A stretch of DNA of 52,867 bases from Thermoleophilia bacterium (GCA_037138115.1 JBAXJA010000001.1:1-52867); one strand, 5' to 3'; positions 1 to 8,980 are shown, counted from the first letter of the stretch. The notes: a model not told the origin generated them from the sequence alone. Numbers and translations are program-made.

Positions 1-143
1 AGTGTCCCCGTCGGGAAGACGAAACGACGCCATGGCCATCAGGGCAACGCCCTGGTTGCCTCGCGCTTCCGATTCGCGACCGGCGGGGACACTGCGCGCC
101 CGGGGCGTCCAGGCGGATCCCGAGAGGAGCGAGTGCGAGCCCC

Positions 144-893
144 TCAATACCGAACAGCCACCAGCGTGAGCCCATGCGGGGGCGCCGTGATCCCCGCATC
201 ACTCCGAGGCGCGCCCTCCAGCAGCGCACGAAACGATTCCGTATCGCGTCGCCCCCGCCCGCACTCGAGCATCGTGCCCACCAGCACGCGAACCATGTGA
301 CGCAGGAAGGCATTGGCCTCGAGCCGCAACACCCACTCGTCGCCGTCGTCGCGCCACGCGCACTCGATCATCGTGCGGTGGAAGAACGTGTGGTTGGTCT
401 CGGTGGGCGTGAAGGCCCGGAAGTCGTGCTGCCCCACAGCCATCGCTGCGCATGCATCGAGGGCGGCTCTGTCGAGCGGCCTGCCGAGATGACGCAGGGT
501 GCGGTGGCGGCGAAGCGGCGAGGGCGGCCCCACCAGCAAGCGATAGTCGTACACCCGTGACGTGGCGTCTCCGCGCGCGTCGAAGCCGTTCGGCATCACC
601 GTCACGTTCCGGACCGCCACGTCCTGGGGCAACAACCCCGCGAGCGATCGGCGAAGGCGCACGGGCTCGGCCTCGGCCTCGTCAAGACCGTCCGGCACCA
701 CGATGCTCGCCACCTGGCCGCTGGCATGAACGCCGGAGTCGGTGCGACCCGCCACGCGAATTGCGGGCCGCGACCTGAAAACGACGTCGAGGGCATCCCG
801 GAGGACACCCTCGACAGTTCTCTCGCCGGGCTGCTCGGCCCAGCCCAGAAATGCCGCGCCGTCGTACTCGATGTCGAGACGGAGCGCGGTCAC
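144..893 (-). CDS. truA: tRNA pseudouridine(38-40) synthase TruA
   Basis: 249-aa ORF. It has the MTALRLDIEYDGAAFLGW N-terminus and the catalytic-Asp motif RTDSGVHASGQV. It sits at the usual position downstream of rpoA-rplQ. Confidence 0.93.
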   Translation of the reverse strand: MTALRLDIEYDGAAFLGWAEQPGERTVEGVLRDALDVVFRSRPAIRVAGRTDSGVHASGQVASIVVPDGLDEAEAEPVRLRRSLAGLLPQDVAVRNVTVMPNGFDARGDATSRVYDYRLLVGPPSPLRRHRTLRHLGRPLDRAALDACAAMAVGQHDFRAFTPTETNHTFFHRTMIECAWRDDGDEWVLRLEANAFLRHMVRVLVGTMLECGRGRRDTESFRALLEGAPRSDAGITAPPHGLTLVAVRY

Positions 894-903
894 CGCGCGC
901 GGG

Positions 904-1641
904 CTAGTTGTAGTTCGTCGGTGACAGGCCGAAGGCCGTCACGCGGAACGGGAACACGTCGTACAGCGTGCCGGGCGACTGGTACACCTGCGCAAGCGCC
1001 CACTGGTTCTGGGCGTTGAGGGTGACGTAGCCGCTGCCCTTCTGGGTAATGACCGACCAGGCGTATCCGTTGACCGGACCCACGCGGCGCTCAGTCACCT
1101 TGATGCCCGACGACGTGTTGAGTTGCACGTATACCGATGCCCACTTGTTCTTGGAGCCGGTACCGCGCTGCGCCTGCAGCCGGAAGCTGTAGCCCCCGTT
1201 GCTCGCCGATGCGATCGTGTACTTGTTCGACGTCGGGCCGCACTGCTGCCCCGTGGGGAACAGGTCGTTGACCACCGCGACGGGCACGCCACCGACGTTG
1301 TCGCAGAAGTTGACGCCGCCATCCACGACCGTCCACTGCGAGCCGGCCCCATAGAGGATGACCCACTGCGTGGAGATCTGGCTGCGGTACTGGGCCGTCG
1401 GGATGATCTGGGCCCGGGCGTACGACGGGTTCACCGAGCTCACGGCGATGTTGCCCACGGAGTACTCGGTAAACGTGTAGCCCTGTGTCTGCGTGGTCCA
1501 TGCGTTGACCGCCGCCACGATGCCCGTGACCTCGGCCGGCGAGCCGGCCTGAGTTGCCACGGCCGGGGAGGCCACGGCGATGGCACCGAGGCCCACGGCG
1601 ATGGCCCCAAGCCCGATTGATGCGCGGGTGCGCAGGGTCAT
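904..1641 (-). CDS. Hypothetical secreted protein (signal peptide, no recognised family)
   Basis: 245-aa ORF with a Sec-type signal peptide (MTLRTRASIGLGAIAVGLGAIAVASPAVA). The mature part is rich in Q/N/S/T/Y/G and has 2 Cys. Third-codon-position GC is very high by eye, like the neighbouring r-protein genes. The ATG at 1641 overlaps the rplQ stop (ATGA), and the stop lies 10 nt before the truA start. Confidence 0.8.
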   Translation of the reverse strand: MTLRTRASIGLGAIAVGLGAIAVASPAVATQAGSPAEVTGIVAAVNAWTTQTQGYTFTEYSVGNIAVSSVNPSYARAQIIPTAQYRSQISTQWVILYGAGSQWTVVDGGVNFCDNVGGVPVAVVNDLFPTGQQCGPTSNKYTIASASNGGYSFRLQAQRGTGSKNKWASVYVQLNTSSGIKVTERRVGPVNGYAWSVITQKGSGYVTLNAQNQWALAQVYQSPGTLYDVFPFRVTAFGLSPTNYN

Positions 1642-2021
1642 GCGGCGACTTCGGACGAACTCGGCACCGGACGCGAGAGCTCGAGCAGCACCATCGGAGC
1701 GGCATCGCCCTGACGCGGACCAAGCTTGATCACGCGCGTGTAGCCACCGGGAATGTCCTTGAATACGGGAGCGATCTCGTTGAACAGGCGGTACGTGATG
1801 GGCTTGTTGCGGAGCAGCGCGATGGCCTGGCGGCGGGCGTGCAGCGTGCCCTGCTTGCCGAGGGTGATTGCACGCTCTGCCGTCTGGCGGGCCAGCTTGG
1901 CCTTGGCCGCAGTCGTCTGAATGCGCCCATGCTCAAGCAGCGCGATGGCCATGTTGGCCGCCATCGCCGAGCGATGTGCGCTGTCACGATTAAGCTTGGG
2001 TCCGCGGTTGCGGTGTCGCAT
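1638..2021 (-). CDS. rplQ: 50S ribosomal protein L17
   Basis: 127 aa. MRHRNRGPKLNRDSAHRSAM...GGYTRVIKLGPRQGDAAPMVLLEL is a typical L17 sequence, and the gene follows rpoA. Confidence 0.97.
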   Translation of the reverse strand: MRHRNRGPKLNRDSAHRSAMAANMAIALLEHGRIQTTAAKAKLARQTAERAITLGKQGTLHARRQAIALLRNKPITYRLFNEIAPVFKDIPGGYTRVIKLGPRQGDAAPMVLLELSRPVPSSSEVAA

Positions 2022-2049
2022 CTGAGTCTCCGGTTACTGGTTGGTGCGG

Positions 2050-2985
2050 TCAGTCGTCGCGAAGTGCGAGACCGTGGCGGGCAAGGTTCTCCTTGACCTC
2101 CTCGACGCTCTTCTTGCCGAAGTTCGGGATGGCCGCAAGGTCATCCTCGCTCTTCGAGATGAGGTCGCCGATGGTCTCAACACCCACGCGCTTCAGGCAG
2201 TTGTACGAACGCACACCGAGCTCAAGCTCCTCGATGAGGATATTGGCCATCTCGCCGCCGGGCTGAGGAGCCTCGGGCTCCTCCTCCACGAGCATGCGGA
2301 TGTCATTCGGGTCAGCGAAGATCGACAGGCGCTCGATGAGGATGGCCGAGGCCTGGGCGACGGCCGTGCGCGGATCCACGCTGCCGTCGGTCTCCACCTC
2401 GAGGGTGAGCTTGTCGTAGTCGGTGCGCTGGCCGACGCGGGCTGCGCCCACCTCGTACCGCACGCGGCGCACCGGCGAGAAGTTGGAATCAACCGGGATG
2501 ACCCCGATCGTGGTGCCAGGACCCTTGTTCTGGTCGGCGGGCACGTAGCCGCGGCCGCGGGCGATGGTGAGCACCATGCCCAGCGAGGCGCTGGCCTCCA
2601 GGTTGGCGATCTCGAGCTCGGGGTTCAAGATCTCAAGATCAGCGGGGCATGTGATGTCACCGGCGGTAACGACGCCCGGGCCCTGACGGTTGAGCTCGAC
2701 CTCAATCTCATCGGCCTCGCCGATAAGGCGGCACACCAGGCCGCGGAGGTTCAGGATGATGTCGGTGACGTCCTCACGCACGCCGGGGACCGTGGTGAAC
2801 TCGTGCTGCACGCCATCGATCTTCACCGAGGTCACGGCCGCGCCCTCGAGCGACGACAGGAGCACGCGGCGGATCGAGTTACCGAAGGTGTGACCGAAAC
2901 CACGGTCGAGCGGCTCCACTTCGACCTGGCCGAGGGTCTCGGACAGGGGCTCATACGCCATGCGCGGGGTCTGGATATCGAGCAT
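2050..2985 (-). CDS. rpoA: DNA-directed RNA polymerase subunit alpha
   Basis: 311 aa. It has the N-terminal domain motif (GFGHTFGNSIRRVLLSSLEGAAVTSVKIDGVQHEF) and a C-terminal domain (LELGVRSYNCLKRVGVETIGDL). Confidence 0.97.
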   Translation of the reverse strand: MLDIQTPRMAYEPLSETLGQVEVEPLDRGFGHTFGNSIRRVLLSSLEGAAVTSVKIDGVQHEFTTVPGVREDVTDIILNLRGLVCRLIGEADEIEVELNRQGPGVVTAGDITCPADLEILNPELEIANLEASASLGMVLTIARGRGYVPADQNKGPGTTIGVIPVDSNFSPVRRVRYEVGAARVGQRTDYDKLTLEVETDGSVDPRTAVAQASAILIERLSIFADPNDIRMLVEEEPEAPQPGGEMANILIEELELGVRSYNCLKRVGVETIGDLISKSEDDLAAIPNFGKKSVEEVKENLARHGLALRDD

Positions 2986-3112
2986 TTGTTTTTGCTGCTC
3001 CTCCCGGCACTCGGCCGGTCAGTGGATGAACGCGGATCCCGATTCGGCGGCCTCGGCCCGGGGTCCCCGCGTCAGGGGCCCCCGGCCATCGCGTGCCGGT
3101 TCGGGGTACTGC

Positions 3113-3733
3113 CTACTTCGAGTAAAGCTCCACGATGAGCTGCTCGCGCACCGGGGTATCAATCTCCGTACGGTCCGGCGCCTTCAGCACCTTGCCGGAC
3201 AGCGAGTCATGGTCGGCCTGCAGCCACGGGGCCACGGACGCACCGATCTCGGTGGCACCGCGGACTGTGGTCTCGGCCGGCGACGACGCCTTGATGGTGA
3301 TGATGTCGTCGGGACGGCACTGGTAGCTGGGGATGTCCACCCGGCGGCCATTGACCTGGAAGTGCCCGTGGCCCACCAACTGACGCGCCTGGCGGCGTGA
3401 TGCCGCAAAGCCCAGTCGGGTCACCACATTGTCGAGGCGCAGCTCGAGCAGGCGCAGCAGGTTCTCACCGGTCACGCCGGGCTGACGGCTGGCCTTCTCG
3501 TAGTAGCGGCGGAACTGCTTCTCGAGAATGCCGTAGTACCTGCGCGCGCGCTGCTTCTCGCGCAGCTGCATGAGGTACTCGGACTGACGGATCCGGCCGC
3601 GGCCATTCTGGCCGGGCGGGTAGTTGCGGCGCTCAATGGCGCACTTCTCAGTGGAGCAGCGGGCACCCTTGAGGAAGAGCTTCTCGCCCTCACGGCGGCA
3701 CTGCTTGCACTGCGGGTCACGATCGCGGGCCAC
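3113..3733 (-). CDS. rpsD: 30S ribosomal protein S4
   Basis: 206 aa. [26 protein letters not shown]...[12 protein letters not shown] pattern plus an S4 RNA-binding domain. Confidence 0.97.
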   Translation of the reverse strand: MARDRDPQCKQCRREGEKLFLKGARCSTEKCAIERRNYPPGQNGRGRIRQSEYLMQLREKQRARRYYGILEKQFRRYYEKASRQPGVTGENLLRLLELRLDNVVTRLGFAASRRQARQLVGHGHFQVNGRRVDIPSYQCRPDDIITIKASSPAETTVRGATEIGASVAPWLQADHDSLSGKVLKAPDRTEIDTPVREQLIVELYSK

Positions 3734-3742
3734 GTCGGCCTC

Positions 3743-4141
3743 CTAGACGCGGCGCCGCTTACGCGGGCGGCAACCATTGTGTGGAACAGGACTGACATCG
3801 GTGACCGAGGTCACCTCAAGGCCGGCCGCCTGCAGCGACCGGATGGCCGTCTCGCGGCCGGAACCGGGACCCTTCACGAACACATCAACCTTCTGCAGGC
3901 CGTGCTCCATGCCCTTGCGGGCTGCAGCGTCGGCGGTCACCTGGGCGGCGAAGGGTGTGCTCTTACGAGACCCCTTGAACCCGGCCGAACCGGCCGTTTC
4001 CCATGCGATGACGTTGCCGTGACGGTCAGTCAGGGTGACGATCGTGTTGTTGAACGAGGTCTTGATGTGCGCGTGGCCGAGCGCAATGTTCTTGCGGGCC
4101 TTGCGACGGGTACGACCTCGAGTTGCCTTCTGGCGTGCCAA
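3743..4141 (-). CDS. rpsK: 30S ribosomal protein S11
   Basis: 132 aa. [20 protein letters not shown]...[20 protein letters not shown] is canonical S11. Confidence 0.97.
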   Translation of the reverse strand: MARQKATRGRTRRKARKNIALGHAHIKTSFNNTIVTLTDRHGNVIAWETAGSAGFKGSRKSTPFAAQVTADAAARKGMEHGLQKVDVFVKGPGSGRETAIRSLQAAGLEVTSVTDVSPVPHNGCRPRKRRRV

Positions 4142-4160
4142 TGGACTCCCTTAGCTCCTG

Positions 4161-4532
4161 CTAGGCCTTGCGCTGCTTGCCGACTGTGCGCTTCGGACCC
4201 TTGCGGGTACGGGCGTTGGTCTTGGTCCGCTGGCCATTGACCGGAAGACCGCGGCGGTGGCGAAGCCCGCGGTAGCAGGCAATGTCCATGAGCCGCTTGA
4301 TGTTGTTGGCGCGCTCGCGCCGAAGGTCACCCTCAACGATGTAATCGCGCTCGATCACCTCGCGGAGCCGACCCACTTCTTCTTCAGTCAGGTCACGAAC
4401 GTAGGTGTTCGGACCGATCCCGACCTTGCCCAGGATCTCGTTGGCCGTGGTACGACCAACCCCGTAGACGTAGGTAAGACCGATCTCCACCCGCTTCTCG
4501 CGAGGGATGTTGACTCCGGCGATTCGTGCCAC
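4161..4532 (-). CDS. rpsM: 30S ribosomal protein S13
   Basis: 123 aa starting at a [32 protein letters not shown] is canonical S13. Confidence 0.97.
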   Translation of the reverse strand: MARIAGVNIPREKRVEIGLTYVYGVGRTTANEILGKVGIGPNTYVRDLTEEEVGRLREVIERDYIVEGDLRRERANNIKRLMDIACYRGLRHRRGLPVNGQRTKTNARTRKGPKRTVGKQRKA

Positions 4533-4535
4533 TGA

Positions 4536-4649
4536 TTACCCCTGGGTCTGCTTGTGACGAGGGTTGCTGCAGATCACGAGGATCTTGCCGTGCCGCTTGA
4601 TGACGCGGCACTTCTCGCAGATCGGCTTCACGGACGGACGGACCTTCAC
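4536..4649 (-). CDS. rpmJ: 50S ribosomal protein L36 (zinc-ribbon form)
   Basis: This gene is too short to appear in the ORF track. Hand translation of the reverse complement gives (GTG)[37 protein letters not shown] (37 aa). A GAGGAG Shine-Dalgarno sequence lies 6 nt upstream of the GTG. Confidence 0.93.
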   Translation of the reverse strand: MKVRPSVKPICEKCRVIKRHGKILVICSNPRHKQTQG

Positions 4650-4841
4650 TTGCGACTCCTCGCTGGGTGACCCGGCGACAGCACGTCAGCGCCCATCAGG
4701 GCGGAGATCGTGGCGGCGCCACTGCGCGCGAGGTGACGAGGGACGAAAGCGGGCCGGATCGGGCACACGACAATCATCGCGTTGCGTTCCACGCGCGGCC
4801 GGGGAAGATAGCAGGAAGCGGACACCATCGGAACCGACCCG

Positions 4842-5675
4842 TCAGCCCGCGTGCCGGGTGAGGATGCGGGGGCCCGAGGCGGTGATGGCGACGGTGTGCT
4901 CGAAGTGCGCGGCCAGACCGCCATCCTTCGTGGTCACAACCCAGCCGTCATGCCCAAGGATGACCTCGTGATCACCCTGGGTGACCATGGGCTCAATGGC
5001 GATGACCACGCCCTCCTCCAGCAGCACCCCGGTCCCGGGCTTGCCGAAATTGGGCACCTGCGGCTCCTCGTGCATCGAACGGCCCACGCCGTGCCCCACG
5101 AGTGTGCGTACAACCTGGAACCCGGCCCGCTCCACGACTTCCTGCACGGCCGCACCGATGTCACCCGTGCGGTTTCCCGGGCGGGCGGCCTGAATACCGG
5201 CGGCCAGTGAACGCCGTGTGGCATCCATCAGGCTGGCGGCCACGCCGCTCACCTCGCCCACCGGAATGGTGCGCGCAGAATCCGATACCCATCCGTCGAG
5301 GGTCACGCCGCAGTCGATCGACACGATGTCGCCCTCCAGCAGCGCCACCGGACCGGGGATGGCGTGCACCACCTCGGCATTGACCGACGGACAGATGGTG
5401 CCCGGAAACCCGTGGTAGCCCTTGAATGACGGCACGCCGCCCTTCGACACGATGAACTCCTCAGCCATCGCATCAAGGTCGGCGGTGGTGACACCTGGTG
5501 CAACCGCGGCCTCGAGCCTGTCGAGGCATTCCGCCAGCACCGCCCCGCTCGCCGCCATCGCCTCGATCTCGGCCGGCGTCTTGGGGATGGGCCCGCTGCT
5601 ACGAGAGTGCTTCGACAACGCGCGCCTGAACCTGGTCCAGAGGAAGTGATCCGTCGATGTCGCGCAGCAGGCCAC
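4842..5675 (-). CDS. map: Type I methionine aminopeptidase
   Basis: The KTPAEIEAM...GVTTADLD...HGFPG..C.S.N..V.HGIP...DIV.ID...GW..D...T motifs are present. The ATG at 5675 would overlap adk by 77 nt. An in-frame TTG at 5618 (20-nt overlap, 258 aa) is an equally plausible start. Confidence 0.9.
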   Translation of the reverse strand: MACCATSTDHFLWTRFRRALSKHSRSSGPIPKTPAEIEAMAASGAVLAECLDRLEAAVAPGVTTADLDAMAEEFIVSKGGVPSFKGYHGFPGTICPSVNAEVVHAIPGPVALLEGDIVSIDCGVTLDGWVSDSARTIPVGEVSGVAASLMDATRRSLAAGIQAARPGNRTGDIGAAVQEVVERAGFQVVRTLVGHGVGRSMHEEPQVPNFGKPGTGVLLEEGVVIAIEPMVTQGDHEVILGHDGWVVTTKDGGLAAHFEHTVAITASGPRILTRHAG

Positions 5676-6237
5676 GCGAGCGGTAATAGCCGATCAGGGG
5701 CGCGGTCTGCGCCTCATACACGTCGAGTCGGTTGGCCACGGCCTCAACGCGGTCGTCATCGCGCTGGTACAGGTCGCAGGCCTCGCCGGTCACGCTGCAT
5801 GCGGATCCGTCGTAGGGGTTGGATGTCTCGTGGAACGAGCGCCCGCACCCCCTGCAGATCCAGCGGCCGGCCAACCGGCGCATCAACTCGTCGCGCGGCA
5901 CCTCAAATGCAATGACGTTGTCGAGCGGCGCGCCCACCTCGGACAGCATGCCGTCGAGGGCCTCGGCCTGCGCCAGGGTGCGCGGGAAGCCGTCGAGCAT
6001 GAAGTCGTCGGCACGACTGGAGAGCGCCTCACGGATCATCCCGATCACCACCGCGTCGGGCACCAGGTCACCGGCGTCCATGAACGTCTTGGCCTGGAGC
6101 CCCAGAGGCGTGCCCGCTGCCACGGCTGCGCGCAAGAGATCACCCGTGGACAGGTGCAGCAGCCCGCGCTCCTTGAGGAACTCCGCCTGCGTCCCCTTGC
6201 CCGCACCAGGCGGACCAAACAGTACGAGGCGCGCTAT
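5599..6237 (-). CDS. adk: Adenylate kinase (start codon unresolved, apparently non-canonical)
   Basis: The track ORF starts at TTG 6135, inside the protein. The same frame is open up to 6294 and encodes IARLVLFGPPGAGKGTQAEFLKERGLLHLSTGDL (P-loop) upstream of 6135. A zinc-lid CRGC...C..TGEAC is also present. The 5' end is placed at ATA 6237, which overlaps the secY TAG. CTG 6222 is the alternative. Confidence 0.85.
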   Translation of the reverse strand: MARLVLFGPPGAGKGTQAEFLKERGLLHLSTGDLLRAAVAAGTPLGLQAKTFMDAGDLVPDAVVIGMIREALSSRADDFMLDGFPRTLAQAEALDGMLSEVGAPLDNVIAFEVPRDELMRRLAGRWICRGCGRSFHETSNPYDGSACSVTGEACDLYQRDDDRVEAVANRLDVYEAQTAPLIGYYRSRGLLRDIDGSLPLDQVQARVVEALS

Positions 6238-7499
6238 TGGAGGAACCCGTCGTACGAGCGCATCATCAGCTGTGCCTCCATCTGACGCATCGTGTCAAGT
6301 GCAACTCCCACCACGATCAGCATGGATGTCCCGCCGAAGAGCCCGAAGAACACATTCGACTCGGGCAGGTACCTGAAGATGATGTTCGGGAACTCGGCGA
6401 TGATCGCGAGATAGATGGCCCCCGGAAGCGTGAGGCGCGTGACGACCCGGTCAAGGTAGACCGCGGTCGGACGCCCCGGACGCACGCCCGGGATGAAGCC
6501 GCCGTACTTCTTCAGGTTGTCCGCCTGCTCGGTCGGGTTGAACTGCACCGCCGTATAGAAGTACGTGAAGAGGACGATCAGCAGACCCTCAAACAGGATG
6601 AACCACCATGAGCCCGGCGACAGGAAGTCAGCCACGCTCTTGAGGAACGATCCGCCACCGGCCAGCTCTGCGAGCGTGGGCGGGAGAATCGTCACTGAGG
6701 CCGCGAAGATCACCGGGATCACGCCAGCCATGTTCACCCGGATGGGCATGTAGGTGGTACCACCGGACGTCATGCGACGGCCCACCTGGCGCTTGGCGTA
6801 CTGAATGGGGATCCGGCGCACGCCCTCGTTCACGAAGACGACGCCGATGACGATGCCCACCGCGATGATCGCGATGATGACGGCCGTAATGGGAGGAAGG
6901 CCGATCCAGCCGCGCAGTGCCGCGGGCAGGCTGGCCACAATTCCGCAGAAGATCAACAGCGACATGCCGTTGCCGATCCCGCGCTGGGTGATGAGCTCTC
7001 CGAGCCACATCACCATGGTGGTGCCCGCGGTCAGCGAGATGATGATGAGGAACGTGCGCGACCAGCCAACGTCGGGCAGTGCGTCCTGCGAGCGGAAGTA
7101 CAGGACGTAGGCGAGCGACTGCATGAGCGCCAGACCCACGGTCATGTACCGCGTGTACTGGGTGATCTTGGCGTACCCGGCCTCGCCCTCCTTCTGAAGG
7201 CGCTCGAGCGACGGGATGACCACAGTCATCAACTGCAGAATGATGCTCGCCGTGATGTACGGCATGATCCCGAGCGCAAACACGGCGAAGCGCGTAAGCG
7301 CGCCTCCCGCGAACAGGTTCAGGAAGTTGAGGATGTTCGTGGTGCCCTTGCTCTGAAGTGCCGCCGCCAGGTTTGAGGCGTTGACACCCGGAACGGGCAC
7401 GTACGAACCGAAGCGGAACACCGCCAGAAGGCCGGCGGTGACCAGGAGCTTCTTCCGCAGCTCCGGAGACCGGAGCGAATTGAGCATGGCGGTGAGCAT
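6234..7499 (-). CDS. secY: Preprotein translocase subunit SecY
   Basis: 421 aa and multi-pass membrane. It has the LRSPELRKKLLVTAGLLAVFRFGSYVPVPGV N-terminus and GIMPYITASIILQL, and it lies between rplO and adk. Confidence 0.97.
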   Translation of the reverse strand: MLTAMLNSLRSPELRKKLLVTAGLLAVFRFGSYVPVPGVNASNLAAALQSKGTTNILNFLNLFAGGALTRFAVFALGIMPYITASIILQLMTVVIPSLERLQKEGEAGYAKITQYTRYMTVGLALMQSLAYVLYFRSQDALPDVGWSRTFLIIISLTAGTTMVMWLGELITQRGIGNGMSLLIFCGIVASLPAALRGWIGLPPITAVIIAIIAVGIVIGVVFVNEGVRRIPIQYAKRQVGRRMTSGGTTYMPIRVNMAGVIPVIFAASVTILPPTLAELAGGGSFLKSVADFLSPGSWWFILFEGLLIVLFTYFYTAVQFNPTEQADNLKKYGGFIPGVRPGRPTAVYLDRVVTRLTLPGAIYLAIIAEFPNIIFRYLPESNVFFGLFGGTSMLIVVGVALDTMRQMEAQLMMRSYDGFLQ

Positions 7500-7553
7500 G
7501 GGCGGTCGGGGCCTATGGCCTCGGCGAGCGTGCTGCGACCGACGGGTTCGTGA

Positions 7554-8075
7554 CTACTCCGCGCCGACGAGCTCGACGCGGCCACCGGCCGCCTCGATCT
7601 TGGCGACCGCAGCGGGAGATGCCTGATCAACACGCACCGTAAGCGCGTGAGTGATCTCGCCGGTGGCCAGCAGCTTCACGGGCCATGCACGGTTGTCATT
7701 GTTCTTCACCAAACCGTGCTCCGCAAGCGACGAGGCATCCACCACATCGCCTGCGGCGAAGAACTTGGCGAGTGCGCCCACGTTGATCGGCACTGAATGG
7801 GTGCGGAACGGACCGAACGGCATCGACTTCTTGTGGTTCGGGCCGGGCAGCTTGCCCTTCTGCATGTGCAGGGGAACGGTGCCGCCGCGGTAACCCGGGC
7901 GCGGGCCCGGACCGGAACGGGCGCCAGCGCCCTTCATGCCGCGACCGCACGTCTTGCCCTTGCCGGAGCCCGGTCCACGACCGACGCGCTTGCGACGATG
8001 CCTCGCGCCCGGGTTGGGGCGCATGTTCTCAAGACGGATCTCTTCCGGATCCACGTTCTGCTCGTCAGCGGCCAC
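7554..8075 (-). CDS. rplO: 50S ribosomal protein L15
   Basis: 173 aa. RPNPGARHRRKRVGRGPGSGKGKTCGRGMKG is canonical L15. The GTG start is preceded by GGAGGAGG, and the gene overlaps the rpmD end by 11 nt. Confidence 0.95.
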   Translation of the reverse strand: MAADEQNVDPEEIRLENMRPNPGARHRRKRVGRGPGSGKGKTCGRGMKGAGARSGPGPRPGYRGGTVPLHMQKGKLPGPNHKKSMPFGPFRTHSVPINVGALAKFFAAGDVVDASSLAEHGLVKNNDNRAWPVKLLATGEITHALTVRVDQASPAAVAKIEAAGGRVELVGAE

Positions 8076-8256
8076 CGTCGACCTCCTCCACCTTCACGAG
8101 GGACGCCACCTTACGAAGCGCGCCCTGCAGGGACGGCGAGTCCTCGTGGACCGCCGTGGAACCAATTCGACCAAGACCCAGCGCACGGAGGGTACCCCTG
8201 TGACGCTGTGTGCTCCCAATCTTGGAGCGGACCTGGGTGATCTTCAGCTCGCTCAT
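8065..8256 (-). CDS. rpmD: 50S ribosomal protein L30
   Basis: 63 aa. [32 protein letters not shown] is canonical L30. Confidence 0.96.
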   Translation of the reverse strand: MSELKITQVRSKIGSTQRHRGTLRALGLGRIGSTAVHEDSPSLQGALRKVASLVKVEEVDGGR

Positions 8257-8966
8257 GCGGGAACCTCCTCAGCGGCCGGGGCGTCGTCTGCCGGGGCGTC
8301 ATCTGCGGGGGCCTCCGCGGCCGGGGCGTCGTCTGCCGGGGCCTCCGTTGCAGGGGCCTCGCCTGTTGGTGCCTCCGCTGCAGGGGCCTCCGCTGCAGGG
8401 GCCTCCGTTGCCGGAGCGTCGTCGACGATCGGCTTGTTCGAGCCGCCGGACACGCCGAGAACCTCAGCCACGGTCTTGCCGCGAAGGGCAGCGACCTCGG
8501 CCGGCGTGCGGAGCGACTTCAGACCGTTCACTGTGGCCGTCACCAGGTTGACCGGGTTGGTCGTACCCAATGACTTACTCAGGATGTCACGGACACCCGC
8601 GAGCTCGAGCACTGCGCGCACACCACCGCCGGCGATAACGCCGGTACCGGGTGCAGCAGGCTTCAGCAGCACGCGACCGGCGCCATGGTGGCCAATGATC
8701 TCGTGCGGAATGGTCGCGCCGTACCGGGGCACGCGGAACATGTTCTTCTTGGCGTCATCCACGGCCTTCTGGATGGCGAGCGGAACCTCGTTCGCCTTGC
8801 CGTGACCCACGCCAACTGCGTCCACCTCGTTGCCCACGACCACCAGGGCCGAGAACGAGAAGCGGCGACCGCCCTTGACGACCTTGGACACACGGTTCAC
8901 CTGAACGACGCGCTCCTGGAGCTCGACCCCGTCCGTGCTGACCTTTTCGCGTCTGCGCTCTGCCAT
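8253..8966 (-). CDS. rpsE: 30S ribosomal protein S5 with an Ala/Pro/Glu-rich C-terminal tail
   Basis: The true start is ATG 8966 ([38 protein letters not shown]...), giving 237 aa. The 403-aa track ORF is a 5' shadow extension across rplR and rplF. The stop overlaps the rpmD ATG (ATGA). Confidence 0.95.
   Translation of the reverse strand: MAERRREKVSTDGVELQERVVQVNRVSKVVKGGRRFSFSALVVVGNEVDAVGVGHGKANEVPLAIQKAVDDAKKNMFRVPRYGATIPHEIIGHHGAGRVLLKPAAPGTGVIAGGGVRAVLELAGVRDILSKSLGTTNPVNLVTATVNGLKSLRTPAEVAALRGKTVAEVLGVSGGSNKPIVDDAPATEAPAAEAPAAEAPTGEAPATEAPADDAPAAEAPADDAPADDAPAAEEVPA
8256..8430 (-). repeat. Degenerate short-period GC-rich coding repeat (the S5 tail)
   Basis: Repeated ggggcctccgctgca / ggggcgtcgtctgcc-type units encode (A/D)APA(A/T)EAP-like repeats. 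Confidence 0.8.
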
Positions 8967-8980
8967 CTTCTTCCTCGTCC

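Noticed and set aside
1-143. A possible start of a minus-strand gene (ATG at 39, MAMASFRLPDGDT...), and a 13-nt inverted repeat (1-13 versus 81-93).
   Set aside because: Only 13 codons are visible and there is no Shine-Dalgarno sequence. The inverted repeat has a mismatch and a 67-nt spacer. This is too little evidence to call a feature.
4650-4841. A possible degraded infA (a 'VERNAM' match in one frame).
   Set aside because: Only a 3-4 residue coincidence is present. No other IF-1 block appears in any frame, and the spacer is shorter than infA.
8270-8420. Short-period GC-rich DNA repeats that might suggest a CRISPR array or VNTR. A similar tract lies at 12790-12900.
   Set aside because: They lie inside rpsE and rpsC in frame and encode low-complexity tails. 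There is no repeat-spacer architecture and there are no cas genes.
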